In this document: piece after piece, positions 1-14,000 of the stretch
Position numbering within the stretch: the stretch's first letter is position 1
How the letters are laid out: the number at the start of each line of letters is the position of its first letter
NCBI RefSeq assembly: GCF_009914755.1
Contig: NC_060938.1
From: the human T2T-CHM13v2.0 reference genome, Homo sapiens
Strand: one strand, 5' to 3'
Length of the DNA stretch: 64,000 nt
The notes under the pieces: generated by a model
What the model saw: the letters and a program-made list of their open reading frames with translations, nothing else
The model's database searches: none
What the model was told of the DNA's origin: nothing
Program-made: the position numbers and the translations under genes

Positions 1-2728
1 TGGGGAACTCCCGGCCTGTGAGGAGGGGAGGCAGGGTGGCCTGCGAGGAATTTAGGGAATGCAGGGAGATAAGGGGAGAGCGGAGAGGAGAGGCAGTGGT
101 GCTGACAGCATTAGCCTGCTGGGAAGGAGCTTCATGAGCACCATCTGATTTACTTGGTCCTTGTGTCCGCCCGAGGGGCACCAGCCGGGTCAGGTGGCCT
201 GACCACTCACAGCTATGACCCAGGCACATTACTGAACCTGCTTCCACATCTGCAAAAGAGACTGGTGGATGGCCTGCAGGGGATTCTAGGAGGTTAAGGA
301 GGTCAGGGGCCAGATCCCCACCCAGGGACAGGCTGTAGAAGCCATTCTGTGGGACGCTGGCCATCCCATGGGTCACCCCCAGGGTTGCACCCACAGACCC
401 TGAGAAGCCAGTGACTGGTCAAGGTCACAGGGCAAATGCCTTCAAGGAGGGGCAGAAAGACTTCCTGGAGGGTCGAGACTGCAGCCAGAGGGTGGCCTTT
501 TGGATGGCATCTGGAACGGGGCTTGGTCCCAGCCTCCACGGGGATGGTCAGGGTGCTCTTCCTTCCTGCTGGCTGGCCCTGCCCCCAGGATCCAGCCCTG
601 TTCCACCTGAGTTCCCGTACACAGGAGTCTTCGTGGGGTGAGGCCGCGTCCTGGCCCTCAGCCAGCGCAGGGCATTAGGATGCTTAGTGTGCATTAGTGA
701 CTGCGCCAGGGGAGTGCCAAGGCCCTCAGGAACCTGGGAGAGGCCCCATGACTCATGAGCGTGGCTCCTGGGTCCCCCTGCCGCCAGGGCCTCAGCCGCC
801 TACTGTCTACCATCCAGAGCTCAGCTGGCACCAGCGCCCAGCAATCACTCAGCGACCCTCACCCCCTTCTGTTGGTAACACACCTCGAAGGGTTGCCAGA
901 AAGACCTGCTGAGAAAGGGAGAAAACTCTCTCAAGAGCTCAAAGCACCACAAAAATGCAAGCTGCCAACACCAAAGGAAATCACCCACAAACATATGTGA
1001 CCACTAACTTTCTTCCCCTTAAATGGACAACAGGGTGGCAGCCCTGTATGTCCCACCTGCCGGAGGACCCTGTATGAATTGTGCCTCTGCGCACAGCGGA
1101 CCTGCATGTGCTGGGCCTGCAGGCTGCCAGGGATGAGCAGGCCATGAGGTCACCCCTCTCCAGGCTTCCACTGGCCTGCCCTGAGCCACCAGGGCCATCA
1201 CCAGCTGTCAGAGATAAAACAAGACAAGTAGGGAGCTGGCTTCCAGGGCAAGGGGCCCACCCAGGGACACCCAGGCTGGAAGCTGGTGCGCTGCTACACG
1301 GACTAACCCCCACAGACCGCCTGTGGTTCACAGCTGCCTACAGGGGGCAGAGGTAGACATCAGGAATCCAAATCACCTACCAGGCCAAATCACACACGTG
1401 GGCTGAGATGACACCCCATCCACTCCCTTCCAGAAACTGAGCTGCAACAGAAAACCCGGGGGAAACCCGCTGCTGTGACCACCCCACTCCTCCAAACCTC
1501 ACCGATCTGTGCCCGTCTAATGAGGGTGGCTCACACTAATGGCCACATCTTCCTCCATCCCCAAAAAGTAGCCACAATCCCACAAAGAGGGCCAGGGGTA
1601 CATCCAAGGCATAAACAGACCACAAGTCAAACTGTGACCTTGGGTGAGGATTTCAAGAGCCCTTCAGTAAAACTCAGAGCATGGCTGCTTTGCACACAGG
1701 CCTCCCGAAGCCCACCCTCTGACCCCATCTAAAATCCAGGGCCAGGGCCCCTCGAGGGTGGTCCCAAAGGTCCCCAGGCCACACAGCTTAAGGCACCCCT
1801 TCCTGCTCTGACATGCAGGACCAAGCTGGCCCAGGAGAAGGACTGAGTCCCTGTGAGCAGCAGCTCCCGGGAGCCCCACCCTCAGCTCTGCCTGGAGACT
1901 CCTGACCTGTCTGTCACCTCCCAGCACAGGATGGTGCTGTCCACGCACTTCTCATGAACCACACCAGTGGGACCTGCCTCGCTGGTCCAGCAGCTTAGCT
2001 GAGAACCTGTGAGGCCCAGGGAGTCCACACAGGGATGCTAGGGGCAGGCAGGATGCAAATGGCTCCAGAGTTCCCCCACACCTGCCCCAACCCCCAAGCC
2101 TTGCCCTTTCCCACCAAACTTGGTAGGATCCGGGCTCCTGACTAGGGCTGCCTGGATAGCAGCAAACAATCGCATGGCCTTTTTCCAGGTTTACAATCTT
2201 CCTACCCATGACACCCTGGGGATTCAGAGGGTGGAACGGACTATCAGTCACTCTACAGGAAAGCAGAGGCTCAGAGAGGGTAAGCAACATGCCCAAGACA
2301 GCACAGCGGGGCAGCACTCTCTCCGGGTCACCCCGGATGCCTTCAGCACAGCTCCTACCCACACCCACTGCTGAGCTCTCCCTCGCCCCCAGGCTGCCTG
2401 GGGGCACGGTGGACACCAGCGAATGCCCATGCCCAGGACCCCTGCCCTCCCCTCCCTGATCAGTCCCACAGCTGGCTGGAGGCCTGGGGAGTCACAGCAG
2501 ACATTGTTGCGGAACGGGGCTGCATGGAGCTGGGCCAGTTCCAAACCCCAGAAAACAACATCCCTGGGCTCGTCTCCTCTCTGGTTCCAAGTCGGCATCT
2601 TACTCCTCACTCCCCCTTCCCAGGCAGCCCTGCCCACGGTGCTTAATAAACACACACTGAATAGGCAACCATATCACTACCATTTCAGAACCGACTGCAG
2701 GCCACTATGCGCCTCCGGTTTCACAGCT

Positions 2729-2980
2729 CTGCAGGAGTGTCCTAGAGCCCACTTAGCAGCTGAGGAGACCGAGGCTCAGAGAGGGCTGACGGCGTGTCCA
2801 GCAAGTGGGCGGCAGACGTGGAGTCACACTGGGCTCCCTGGGCCCAGGACAGGGTGGGTGGGACAGACAGGGAGGCCCAGGGTGACTCCATGTCTGCCGC
2901 CCACTTGCTGGGCACGCCGCCTCACCTCTCTGAGCCTCAGTCTCCTCAGCTGCTAAATGGGCTCCGGGACACCCCTGCAG
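2729..2980. repeat. MIR-derived inverted repeat (arms 2729-2840 and 2868-2980, 27-nt spacer)
   Basis: Manual alignment gives 13 differences over ~113 nt (~88%). Arms contain the MIR core-like TGAGGAGACTGAGGCTCAGAGAGG. The same peptide appears on both strands in the ORF track. Confidence 0.9.
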
Positions 2981-3051
2981 TGAACAAGACCTGTGTGGGG
3001 AGCTGAGGAGCTGCACTTGGGAAGGTGCAGGATGGGGTGGGAAGGAGTGAA

Positions 3052-4032
3052 GTGTGTGTCTGCGAGTGCATGTGTGTGTGCATGTATCCATGCCCATACA
3101 GCCCGTCCTGCATCCCCCATCAGTGTGTGTGTGTGTGTGTGTACACATCTCCACACCCATACAGCCCGTCCTGCATCCCCCATCAGTGTGTGTGTGTACA
3201 CATCTCCACACCCATACAGCCCGTCCTGTATCCCCCATCAGTGTGTGTGTGTGTGTGTACACATCACACCCATACAGCCCGTCCTGTATCCCCCATCAGT
3301 GTGTGTGTGTGTGCGTGTGCACATCTCCACACCCATACAGCCCATCCTGTATCCCCCATCAGTGTGTGTGTGTGTGTGTGTGTGTGTACACATCTCTACA
3401 CCCATACAGCCCATCCTGTATCCATCGGTGTGTTTGTGTGTGTGAGTGTACACCTCTCCACGCCCATACAGCCCATCCTATATCCCCCATCAGAGTGTGT
3501 GTGTGTGTACACATCTCCACACCCATACAGCCCGTCCTGTATCCCCCATCAGTGTGTGTGTGTGTGTGTGTGTGTGTACACATCTCCACACCCATACAGC
3601 CCGTCCTGTATCCCCCATCAGTGTGTGTGTGTGTGTGTGTACATATCTCTACACCCATACAGCCCATCCTGTATCCCCCATCGGTGTGTTTGTGTGTGTG
3701 TGTGAGTGTACACCTCTCCACGCCCATACAGCCCATCCTATATCCCCCATCAGTGTGTGTGTGTGTGTGTGTGTGTGTACACATCTCCACACCCATACAG
3801 CCCGTCCTGTATCCCCCATCGGTGTGTTTGTGTGTGTGTGTGAGTGTACACCTCTCCACACCCATACAGCCCACACCTATGTTCCCCGTCATGCAGTAGT
3901 TCTTAAATGGTAGTGATGTGGTTGCTTATTCAGTGTGTGTATGTCAACTCCCATCACTGTGTGTGTGTGACTGTGCACATGTCTCCACACCCACATGGCC
4001 TGTACCTATGTCCCCTGTCACTGTGTGTGTGA
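3052..4032. repeat. Minisatellite/VNTR, ~13 units of 54-69 bp with an internal (TG)n tract; degenerate after ~3880
   Basis: Unit CCCATACAGCCCRTCCTGTATCCCCCATCAG(TG)nTACACATCTCCACA recurs from ~3093 to ~3861. Confidence 0.95.
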
Positions 4033-6023
4033 GCCTCCACAGCCTGCACCCTCCTCTTGGTCATGTTCAATGATTTAAAAGCATCCCTCCCCACTGCTTC
4101 TATTTTTGCTTTTGACCTTTAGTTGAATGCTCACAGCTGCTGGGCCGTTGGCGTGATGGTGAGTTCATCACGTGTAATCGGGAGACAGGACAATTTTATT
4201 TCCTCTAATACAAGCGCTGCTGCCCCAGCCCCCTTCCAAGACCGGAGCTGGCTTCTCTAAGCGCTTCCCTAGAGTGAGGATGTAATAATCTGCTGGAAGG
4301 CGTGACCGTGCCGTGGAAGGCTCTAGGTGACAGGTGGATGTGGTCCGTGTCACCCTGCTGGTGTTGACACACTCCCTGCCCCACCTCCATCCACAAGCCC
4401 TGCTGGGGCATGGAGGAGGGTGCTCTCTTACCAACACTTCGGGCTGAGAACCCACAGACTCTCTCCATTGCTCATGAAGCCCCTACTGCAGGTGAGGAAA
4501 CTGAGGCACAGAGCCCAAGAGAGGTGCTCAGGTCACACCATGGAGGCCTGTCTGACCCAGGTGGCCCTGAGTCCAGAGGTGCTCGCCTGGGTACCCACAC
4601 AGTCCCCTGGGCTCCTGAGTGCCTTTTCCCCCATGAAATGACGTCAGGGAAACCCCCTGTCCTGGGGCTGAAGTTCTGCCTCCAGCCTTGGTGCCAAACA
4701 AGCCAGAGAAGTGGCGGGGCTGCCCCAACAGGCACCGTCCTGGACGCAGTGTCCCTGTGCACACCTGTGGAACCTGCTCTGCCGGTGGAGGAAGAGAAGT
4801 GGGGGAGGGGGGCAGGGAGGCCCAGTGTGACTCCGAGTCTGCTGTGGGCTCAGAGATACTCACACAGTGAGTGGGACCTACAGGGGAGCTGGCAGGGGCC
4901 TGGGGTTGGGGGCTCCCCCTATCCTGCCCTCCCAGCCCTGGTCCTTCTGCCCAGATCCCAGGGCATGTGTTCCCAGCTGCCCCACTGACTGCCTCACTCC
5001 CAACTCTTCCTGGAGCCTTCTCCAGGGCGCAGCCCCAGACAGCCCAGGCAAGAAACCCAGAAGGAAGAGGTGGGGCCAGAAAGGTGAGGACTGGATTCGG
5101 GATTGAGGTGGGGGCTATGGTCAGCTCCCTGGGGGAGGCAGCGGGAGGCAGGGGCAGGCCTGGGGGAGTCCAGGGCAGCGGGGGAGAGGTCCCCACATGT
5201 CAGCTCCTGCCTGCTGTCACCTCTCCTGATTCCTTCCCCATCCCACTCAGGAGTGGGGATGGGGGATCCCATCTCACTAATGAGGAAACTGAGACACACA
5301 CGGTTGTTGGTCGTTAGGCTGTCTACCAGAGGTCGCCCAAGGCCAGGCCACCCTGCCCACCCCCGTCTGGCTCAGTCCAAGACTTTGGGAGTCTTGGCCA
5401 GGGTAGGGCATTAATCACCTCAGCAGCGGACCACCATGACAAACCCCACATACCCCACATACCCCGGAGTGAGTCACATGGGCAGGGCTGGCCCCTTCCT
5501 CTTGGTCTCACATTCCTAAACAGTAGACACCTTCCAGGAATTCGGTCAGCAAAGTGGCTGGAGCTGCTGGGACAGACAGCCTGTGCAGGCCTGGCCCCCG
5601 GCACACCCAGAGGAAGGAGAGGCTGGGTGGCTCAGGTGTGGCCCCGGAGCTCGGCAGGCCCAGCCCCCAGGGACACAGCCCACGTGCACAGTGGGTGACA
5701 GACCAGCTAAGATATAGTGCTGTCCTAAGAGCTCAAGGCAGAGACTGCCATTAACACAGCCCAGCCCAGACAGAAGAGCACACCTCCCAGAGTCACCGTG
5801 AGTGCAGTGGGGGAGGCAGGAGGGGCTTTTGGACACTGAGGTAGCTGGAAAAGCAAGCAGAGGGCGGCATCTCAGCCACAGGCTGGAGACATGAGGGACG
5901 TCCCCAGTGAGGGGAGGGGGGGAAGGGGGCGGGGATGGGGGGAACTGGAGGCGGAGAAGACAGCCAGGGAAAGAGGGGAGGTATGAAAACGCCTGGCTAA
6001 TGGTGTTAAGGAACTGCCACTCA

Positions 6024-6386
<363 letters not shown>

Positions 6387-7884
6387 TCACAGAGCACCTC
6401 CAACTTTATTTTCAGAATCCTGAACCTGATGCTGAGGGGTCCCCAGAGAGCCAAGTGCAGGGTAGGGGCTGTGTTTCAGGAAAGACAGAGTGAGGGCTGG
6501 AGGAGACCATCCTGGAGGCAGGGAGGCCAGCTGGGAGGCTGGTTCCACGATCGCTGAAGCAAAGAGGAGGAGTGGGAGGGTGAAACCCCACCATCAGCAC
6601 TGGAGAAGGAATGGCAGGTGTGCCCAGTGCCACCCTACCCTGGCAAAGGCCACACCCATGCTCAAACCACTGGGCTCTCCAGGGCAAAGACCTGGGCAAG
6701 GCAGGATGGACAGGGCCTGGTCAACCCAGAGCCCCGTGAACAGACCACCAACTATGCCACACCAAGCTGGTCAGACCCACCAGATGCTGGACCCCGCCTG
6801 CAAAGAACACAGCCCCTGAAGACAACCGTGGAAGTTCTATCTTCCAGGACAGAGCTGCCAGGTAGGAGGACAGCGTATGAAGCCTCACACCTGGGGTCTG
6901 GCCTCGCTCCCCCCACCCATGGTCACTCACGGCCACTCCACGGGTGGGCAGAAACCCAGTGACCGGTGCAGGCCTGCCTGCCTGGCCTGGGGCGTCCATG
7001 ACCCCTGCCTCGGCCACCGCACAATCGCTCCCTTTGTTCCCCGGCTCCCCATTGTCTGCAATTCTCTCGCCTGCCTGCGCCAGGCCAAAGGAGGATTTCC
7101 AGGGGGATTTCTCAATGGGCTCGCAGGGAAACATCCTGGCAGTGGGACCTGCTGCTCATGGCCTTCCTTGAAAGGCCACGAAGCAGGATGGGGGCCGACG
7201 ACCCTTTGTAAATGGCCCCAGATGTGAGCAGCTATTTTAAACCGTGCCATCTTCGGGCTGCGTGGTGGATAAGGAGCTGGTCAGAAAGGTCGTTCCATCT
7301 TAACAACTAAAACCTGCGTCTTCCCATGACTGACCATTACCGACGCATCACGGCAAGTCACTTCCCGGTGTGAACCCCCCTTGGCTTCTCCCAACAAACC
7401 TGTGAAGGACATCAGAGCATGCCCCGTTTCCCCAGGGGGAAACCGAGGCTCAGGAAGCTGAGGCATATCCCCTTATGTGACCTAGTCTGAGCTGTTTCAG
7501 ACACACATCCCCATGTTCACTCAGGATCAGCCATCTCAGGTGGCCACACCCAGCGGGGGCGGGGGGATGCTGGCAGAGGCCTGTGTGTTTCCAAGGCTGT
7601 CCTCTCCTGACATGGATGGGGGTACCAGGCCTGGCCCCCCATCACTGTCAGAAAGGGGTAGGCGCGGCCTAGCAGACACAGCTGCACTTCTGACGACGAC
7701 CACCCTGAGGTCCCCAGGGTGACGTCCACACCACGGAACAAGCAAACAGCCACTTCGCATGAGGTGTACAAAGAACAGTCAGTGATGTGACAAGGTATTC
7801 TCCACCTGCGCATGTAAAAAGAGTTGGGATCAAAAATGGTAGGAATATCACGTGGCAAAATGTGTTTTTGAAAACGGATGTCTT

Positions 7885-7926
7885 GTCTATGGTCATACCA
7901 CCGTGAACGCACCTGATCTCAGCCGA
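7885..7926 (+). pseudogene. 5S rRNA 5' fragment (nt ~1-42), tailless retropseudogene
   Basis: GTCTATGGTCATACCACCGTGAACGCACCTGATCTC vs 5S GTCTACGGCCATACCACCCTGAACGCGCCCGATCTC. Flanked by a 16-bp direct repeat GAAAA(C/T)GGATGTCTTG (7870-7885, 7925-7940). No poly(A). Confidence 0.88.
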
Positions 7927-7976
7927 AAATGGATGTCTTGGATAGGATCCTGAACAGAAAAAAAAAATGTTAAGTC

Positions 7977-8284
<308 letters not shown>

Positions 8285-8458
8285 CTAGGGAAATGTGAAT
8301 CAAGAATGGATTCTAATTGATACCAATCAATACAGGTTCATTCATTGTAATGAATGCACAAGACCAGTTAAGAAGTTAATAGGGGACACTGGGCGCAGAG
8401 TTTATACGAGAACTCTCTGTATCTCCTCAATTTTTCCATAAATTTAAAATCTGCCCTA

Positions 8459-8560
8459 GGCTGGTCTGAGTGCAGTGGTATTTACAACTAATTGATCACA
8501 ATCAGTTATAGATTTCTTTGTTCCTTCTCCACTCCCACTGCTTCACTTGACTAGCCTTTT
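8459..8560 (+). pseudogene. Y3 RNA (RNY3-derived) retropseudogene, full length
   Basis: GGCTGGTCTGAGTGCAGTGGTATTTACAACTAATTGATCACAATCAGTTATAGATTTCTTTGTTCCTTCTCCACTCCCACTGCTTCACTTGACTAGCCTTTT matches hY3 with 4 transitions. AT-rich tail follows. TSD TAAAA(T)CTGC(C/T)CTA at 8445-8458 and 8619-8631. Confidence 0.95.
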
Positions 8561-8666
8561 AAAATATTATTTTTAAATGCCTTTTAAAAAAATTAAACTA
8601 AAAAAAATTTTTAAAAGATAAAACTGCTCTAAAAAACAAAGTTTATTTTTAAAAGTGTGTATAACT

Positions 8667-9268
<602 letters not shown>

Positions 9269-9496
9269 GCACATATAACTAACATACACATGTGATAAAA
9301 TCTCATAAAACACTGCACACACAGAGAAATGAGTGTGTGTAACAGGCGGGTACAATCTGAGCTCAGGTTTGCAGTCGAGGCTGTGCTGTGTCGCTGTCAT
9401 GGTCCTGGCTTTGCTAATGTGCTCCTTATGTGAGATGTCACCATTGGGGGAAGCTGGCGGAAGGGTATGCAGGAGCCCTTTGTACTACTTTTGCAA

Positions 9497-9632
9497 CTTT
9501 TTTTTCTTCTTTTTAGAAAAGGGGGGCTCACTATGTTGTTCAGGCTGGCCTCCAACTTGCTGGGCTCAAGAAATCCTCCTGCCTTAGCCTCCCAAGCAGC
9601 TGGGACTACAGGTGCGCATAGCCGTGCCTGAC
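9497..9632 (-). mobile_element. Free left Alu monomer (FLAM-like) inside an L1M 3' fragment (~9380-9680)
   Basis: Monomeric Alu sequence on the minus strand. Flanking duplication TACTTTT(T)GCAACTT. Confidence 0.8.
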
Positions 9633-10175
9633 TTACTTTTGCAACTTTTTGTGAGGGTAGGATTAGAGATGATTTTTAAATCATAATTTTGAGCATTATA
9701 GTGTCTTCCAAGTGTTTCCACAATGAGCAATGGATTATTTAGGGGCAGTGATTCTCTGTACCTCCACCAGCGATAAATCACGTGGTGGTGGGGAGTGGAG
9801 CCAGTGGTCCAAGGACCAGGTGAGATAGCAGCTGGGAGGTGCTCCTGCCCCCATCCAGGCAGGGTGCTTATCCAGCAGGCCACTCGGAGCACACAAGCAT
9901 CCTTGCCACACCATCACCACACGCTCCCCCTTGCACAGAGACCAAAGAAGGGGACTACCTTGCTCCCCAGGCCTGGTGGGGTTGATGTGTCATGTTACGT
10001 CAGGAGAGGTTCTAGCCTCCCTGAGCTCCTCTCAGGGGAATCTCAGGATAAATTAGGAAGGCAGAACTCAGGCAGGGGTGTACAGTGCATGAGAAGAAAT
10101 CTATCACATGGCAGACACTGAAACGCAAATCCTTCATGGCTTTGCAGCCAGAATAAGTTTTCTTACCAGTGCTCA

Positions 10176-10642
<467 letters not shown>

Positions 10643-10819
10643 TCACAGTGGTATGCAGAGACTCTCTGGGTGCTGGGGTCAAAGGTAGTTAGTTCTTTTT
10701 CTAAATTTCCTACAATAAACAGGAAATAGTTTGGGAAGAAGAAAAAGTTACTAATGGGGAAAGACTGCTTTTATGTGGAGAGAGCACAGAGAGGTGGTGT
10801 GGGCAGGTGTCAGGTGTGG

Positions 10820-11015
10820 GGACCCCAGAGCCAGAGTGTAGGGTCAAACCCCAGCTCTGCCGCTTCCTCCACTGGGACCTTCTTGGGCAAGTGACTTCAC
10901 GTCTCTGTGCCTCAATTTGCTCTTTGCTCAAATGGGGAACATAAGTGTCTTTGCCCTGCAAGGGTCAAATGAGTGAATGTGTAGGAAGTGCTGAGTGACT
11001 GTTAGCTATTATTAT
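10820..11015. mobile_element. MIR
   Basis: CCCAGCTCTGCC...TTGGGCAAGTGACTTCAC.TCTCTGTGCCTCA.TTT core followed by TATTATT tail. Confidence 0.75.
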
Positions 11016-14000
11016 TCCTACTATTATTGTCACCACACACGCGTCTTGTTTGATCCTCAAGAGCCCATACAATGGGATGACTGGGACACCTCATTAACAG
11101 ACAGAAAGGTGTGGCACCTGGGTCTGCTGCCTTGTCGGAGATCGCACGGGTGGATGCACGACTAGCGTTCAGATGCAAAGACCCTCCCTCTGGGCCCCCT
11201 TAGGTAGCACAGACCCTCGGGGCACCAGCCAGGTAACTAAAGACCTCCTCACCCAGGGCCCACCTGGCAAGGTGGTGTGGCTGTCCCAGCCCTTTGCCAA
11301 ACACAGCAGGGAGGTTAAGACCAAGACCCTTCTTCCCTGGACCTTAGGCCTAAAGCTAGAAGGTGGCCCTGCTCTGCTGTCCCTTTCTGGGCAAGACCTT
11401 CTTTCCAGGTTGCCCTTCCCTGCCTTGGGTGGCACCCAGACCAAGCAGTAACAATGACCCCACATGACTCTTAGGCCCAGAATCAGGCAGGGCTGGAGGG
11501 GAGCTCAGGGTCCCCTTATAGATGAGGCTCCAAGGAGGGGGCACCTGGCCAAAGTCCTACCACGAGTGCAGGGCAACACGGGGCCAGGGCCAGTGCAGGG
11601 TGAGTGCAGGGCCAGTTCTCCCACAGAGAACTCTGCCCCCGCCCCTCCCTACACCCAGAAGGGCCAGCTCAGAGACGCCAGGCCCCATCTGTCTCCCAAG
11701 CACCAGCAAGCAGGGCATAGTCTGGGGAGTGGGGACGTGGCCATCAGCAGGCACCAGAGGCACAATCCCCTTTGCCACAAATGCCCCTCACAGGCAGCGG
11801 CACTGCTGAAGAAGATGGCCCAGCCTGGCATGGAAAAGGTCCAGGGTGCTGAATCACCAAAACCTCCACCTCCCCAGGCGGGAAACGGAGGCACGTGGTG
11901 AGGGGCACTTGTCTGAGCACCACACTAGGGAACCCACTAGAATATGCTAGAGTGGGGGCATGGATAGGGTGCATGTGACATGCCATGGGCTTGGGGGCTC
12001 CGCTTCCCATCTGCACATTTACAACACTCAGGCAGCCCCGAGGGTTCCTCCTCCTGAAGCCCTTTCATGATAAACGCGTCCATTTTTAGAAAGAAGGCTC
12101 TTTAATGAGGCATTATTTCCAGATGCCAACTCATCACTGTCATACATGAGCCTCTCCCTGTCTGAGCCACCGGAGATGTGGACAACAGCAATGTGTCGGC
12201 GGGGGACCCCCAGCCAGCCACTCTGCTCTGCCGGCCGCCCCTTCCACCCTATGCCTGCCACTGTCCATCAAGGCCCCCCGGCCAGAGGAAAGCCCTACCT
12301 ATAGCACACCCCAAATCCCACCAGGCGGCCTCAGGGCTGGGCACCACAGCCAAGCCCGCAGCCACGGGCGGCACTCCCGCGCTCACAGAGGGCCTCTGCC
12401 CTCCTACCGGGGACCTGCTTGCTCCTGGGGGTGACAGTGGGAGGGACACCCCAACAGAGCAATAGCCAAGGTCCCGGCCAGGCCCACCAGCCCCTCAAGG
12501 CCCATCCCACCATCCTGAGGTTCTGGACAGCCTCTGCAAGGAGACCTCCCTCTTCCTCCCAGATTCCTCCCTAGGCCTGCCAGAGGTCTCACACCACCAT
12601 GGGGCATTAAAAGGATAAAATCTCAGGACAGAGATACAGGGTGCTGGCACATGATCCCAGGCAGCCCCTGCCTCGGGAGAATCCCGGGTTCAGAGCAAGG
12701 ATGAGTCACCATGGCCTGTCCCTCCAAGACCTTCCCCAACATCCTTGCAGGGCAATTAACTGTCTGCTAAAGCCCTCAGAGCCTCATGACCAAAAAATAG
12801 CTCAGTGCCTAAAGTTAATGGTCAGAGCTAAGTCTCATTTAAGGCCTCTGGGGGAGATTTTGTTTAGGAAGAAAAGAAAAACCAAGAACAGGGTACATGG
12901 ATTTATTCTATCCCCCTATGGGATGGCCCAGAGAGCTCTAAGCCAAGGGTCTACCTCACAGGGAACAAAGACCTTCCAAGGCTCCCAGCCAGCCCTGTCC
13001 CTCACAGCCCCTCCGCAAGGTCAGTCACTCACCCGCTTCTGGGCCACACTGCCTTGCTCATTGTTCCCAACTGGGAAAGGTCATGGGCCTGGCGTGGGGG
13101 AGAGGCCTAAGCACCTGAGGGCAGCCACGCATCTCAGGAGGCAGGCCGGCCAAGCAGGGACCCTGGAGCAGAACCCCCGTACAGTCATGCGCCTGAGGAC
13201 CCCTGTGCCCCCTTACTGCACGGGGGCTGACTCTACCTCTCCCGCAGTCTCATCCCCGGGCGCTGAGTAAGATGGTGCAGCAGGCAGGGGGCCATTCTAG
13301 CCTGGAGCCCCCACATCACAGCCAGCCACAGAAATGTCTGCCATACAAATAACAGAGCCACACTGCCCTCCTGGCCAGCTTCTGCATCCCTGTTCTCGTG
13401 GAGAACGTGGCAAGCTCCAGTCCAGTGCCCTCTGGTCTCCCCTCAGCCCTTCCAGCTCGCCTGTGCCTGCCAGCCCTCACTTGAATCCCCTTCCACACCC
13501 CCAGGCCTGCACAGGCCTCCTGGGCCGGATTCCCCACTGGGTCTGTCGTCCCCAGTTCCTCCAGCTGCCAATCAGCAGACCAACAAGGGGCAGGTCTGGG
13601 GAGACAAGCATCTCAGCCGAACACAACAGTCACCCTGGGACAGTCTTTCCCACTACAAAGGAATGCCGAGTCCAACCTGCTTGGGATGCAGCTGGCATGG
13701 TGGTACACCAGCACCTTTCTGAGTTAAACATTGGTGAGGACACCCATCCAGGGTGGCTTCAGCCAGGCCGGCCAGTCCTGTGCACAAACCACCTTCTCCT
13801 CACCCCAGGCCCCGCCGGGTGCTCCTAAGCCTGCTGTTTCCAGATGCCAATGCCAGTCAATGCCTGTATATTTACCCAGAGAAAAGAGAGCCCACGGACC
13901 CATCCAAAAGTCACCAGAGGCCTGATGTGGGAGTATGAAGGAGAGATCAAGGTTGTAATTCAAAAGAAAATGAGATTTTCTCATTTTTATTCTGCTCCTG

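Noticed and set aside
2993-3913. Cys/Val- and His/Thr-rich ORFs up to 281 aa
   Set aside because: Translations of the TG-containing minisatellite.
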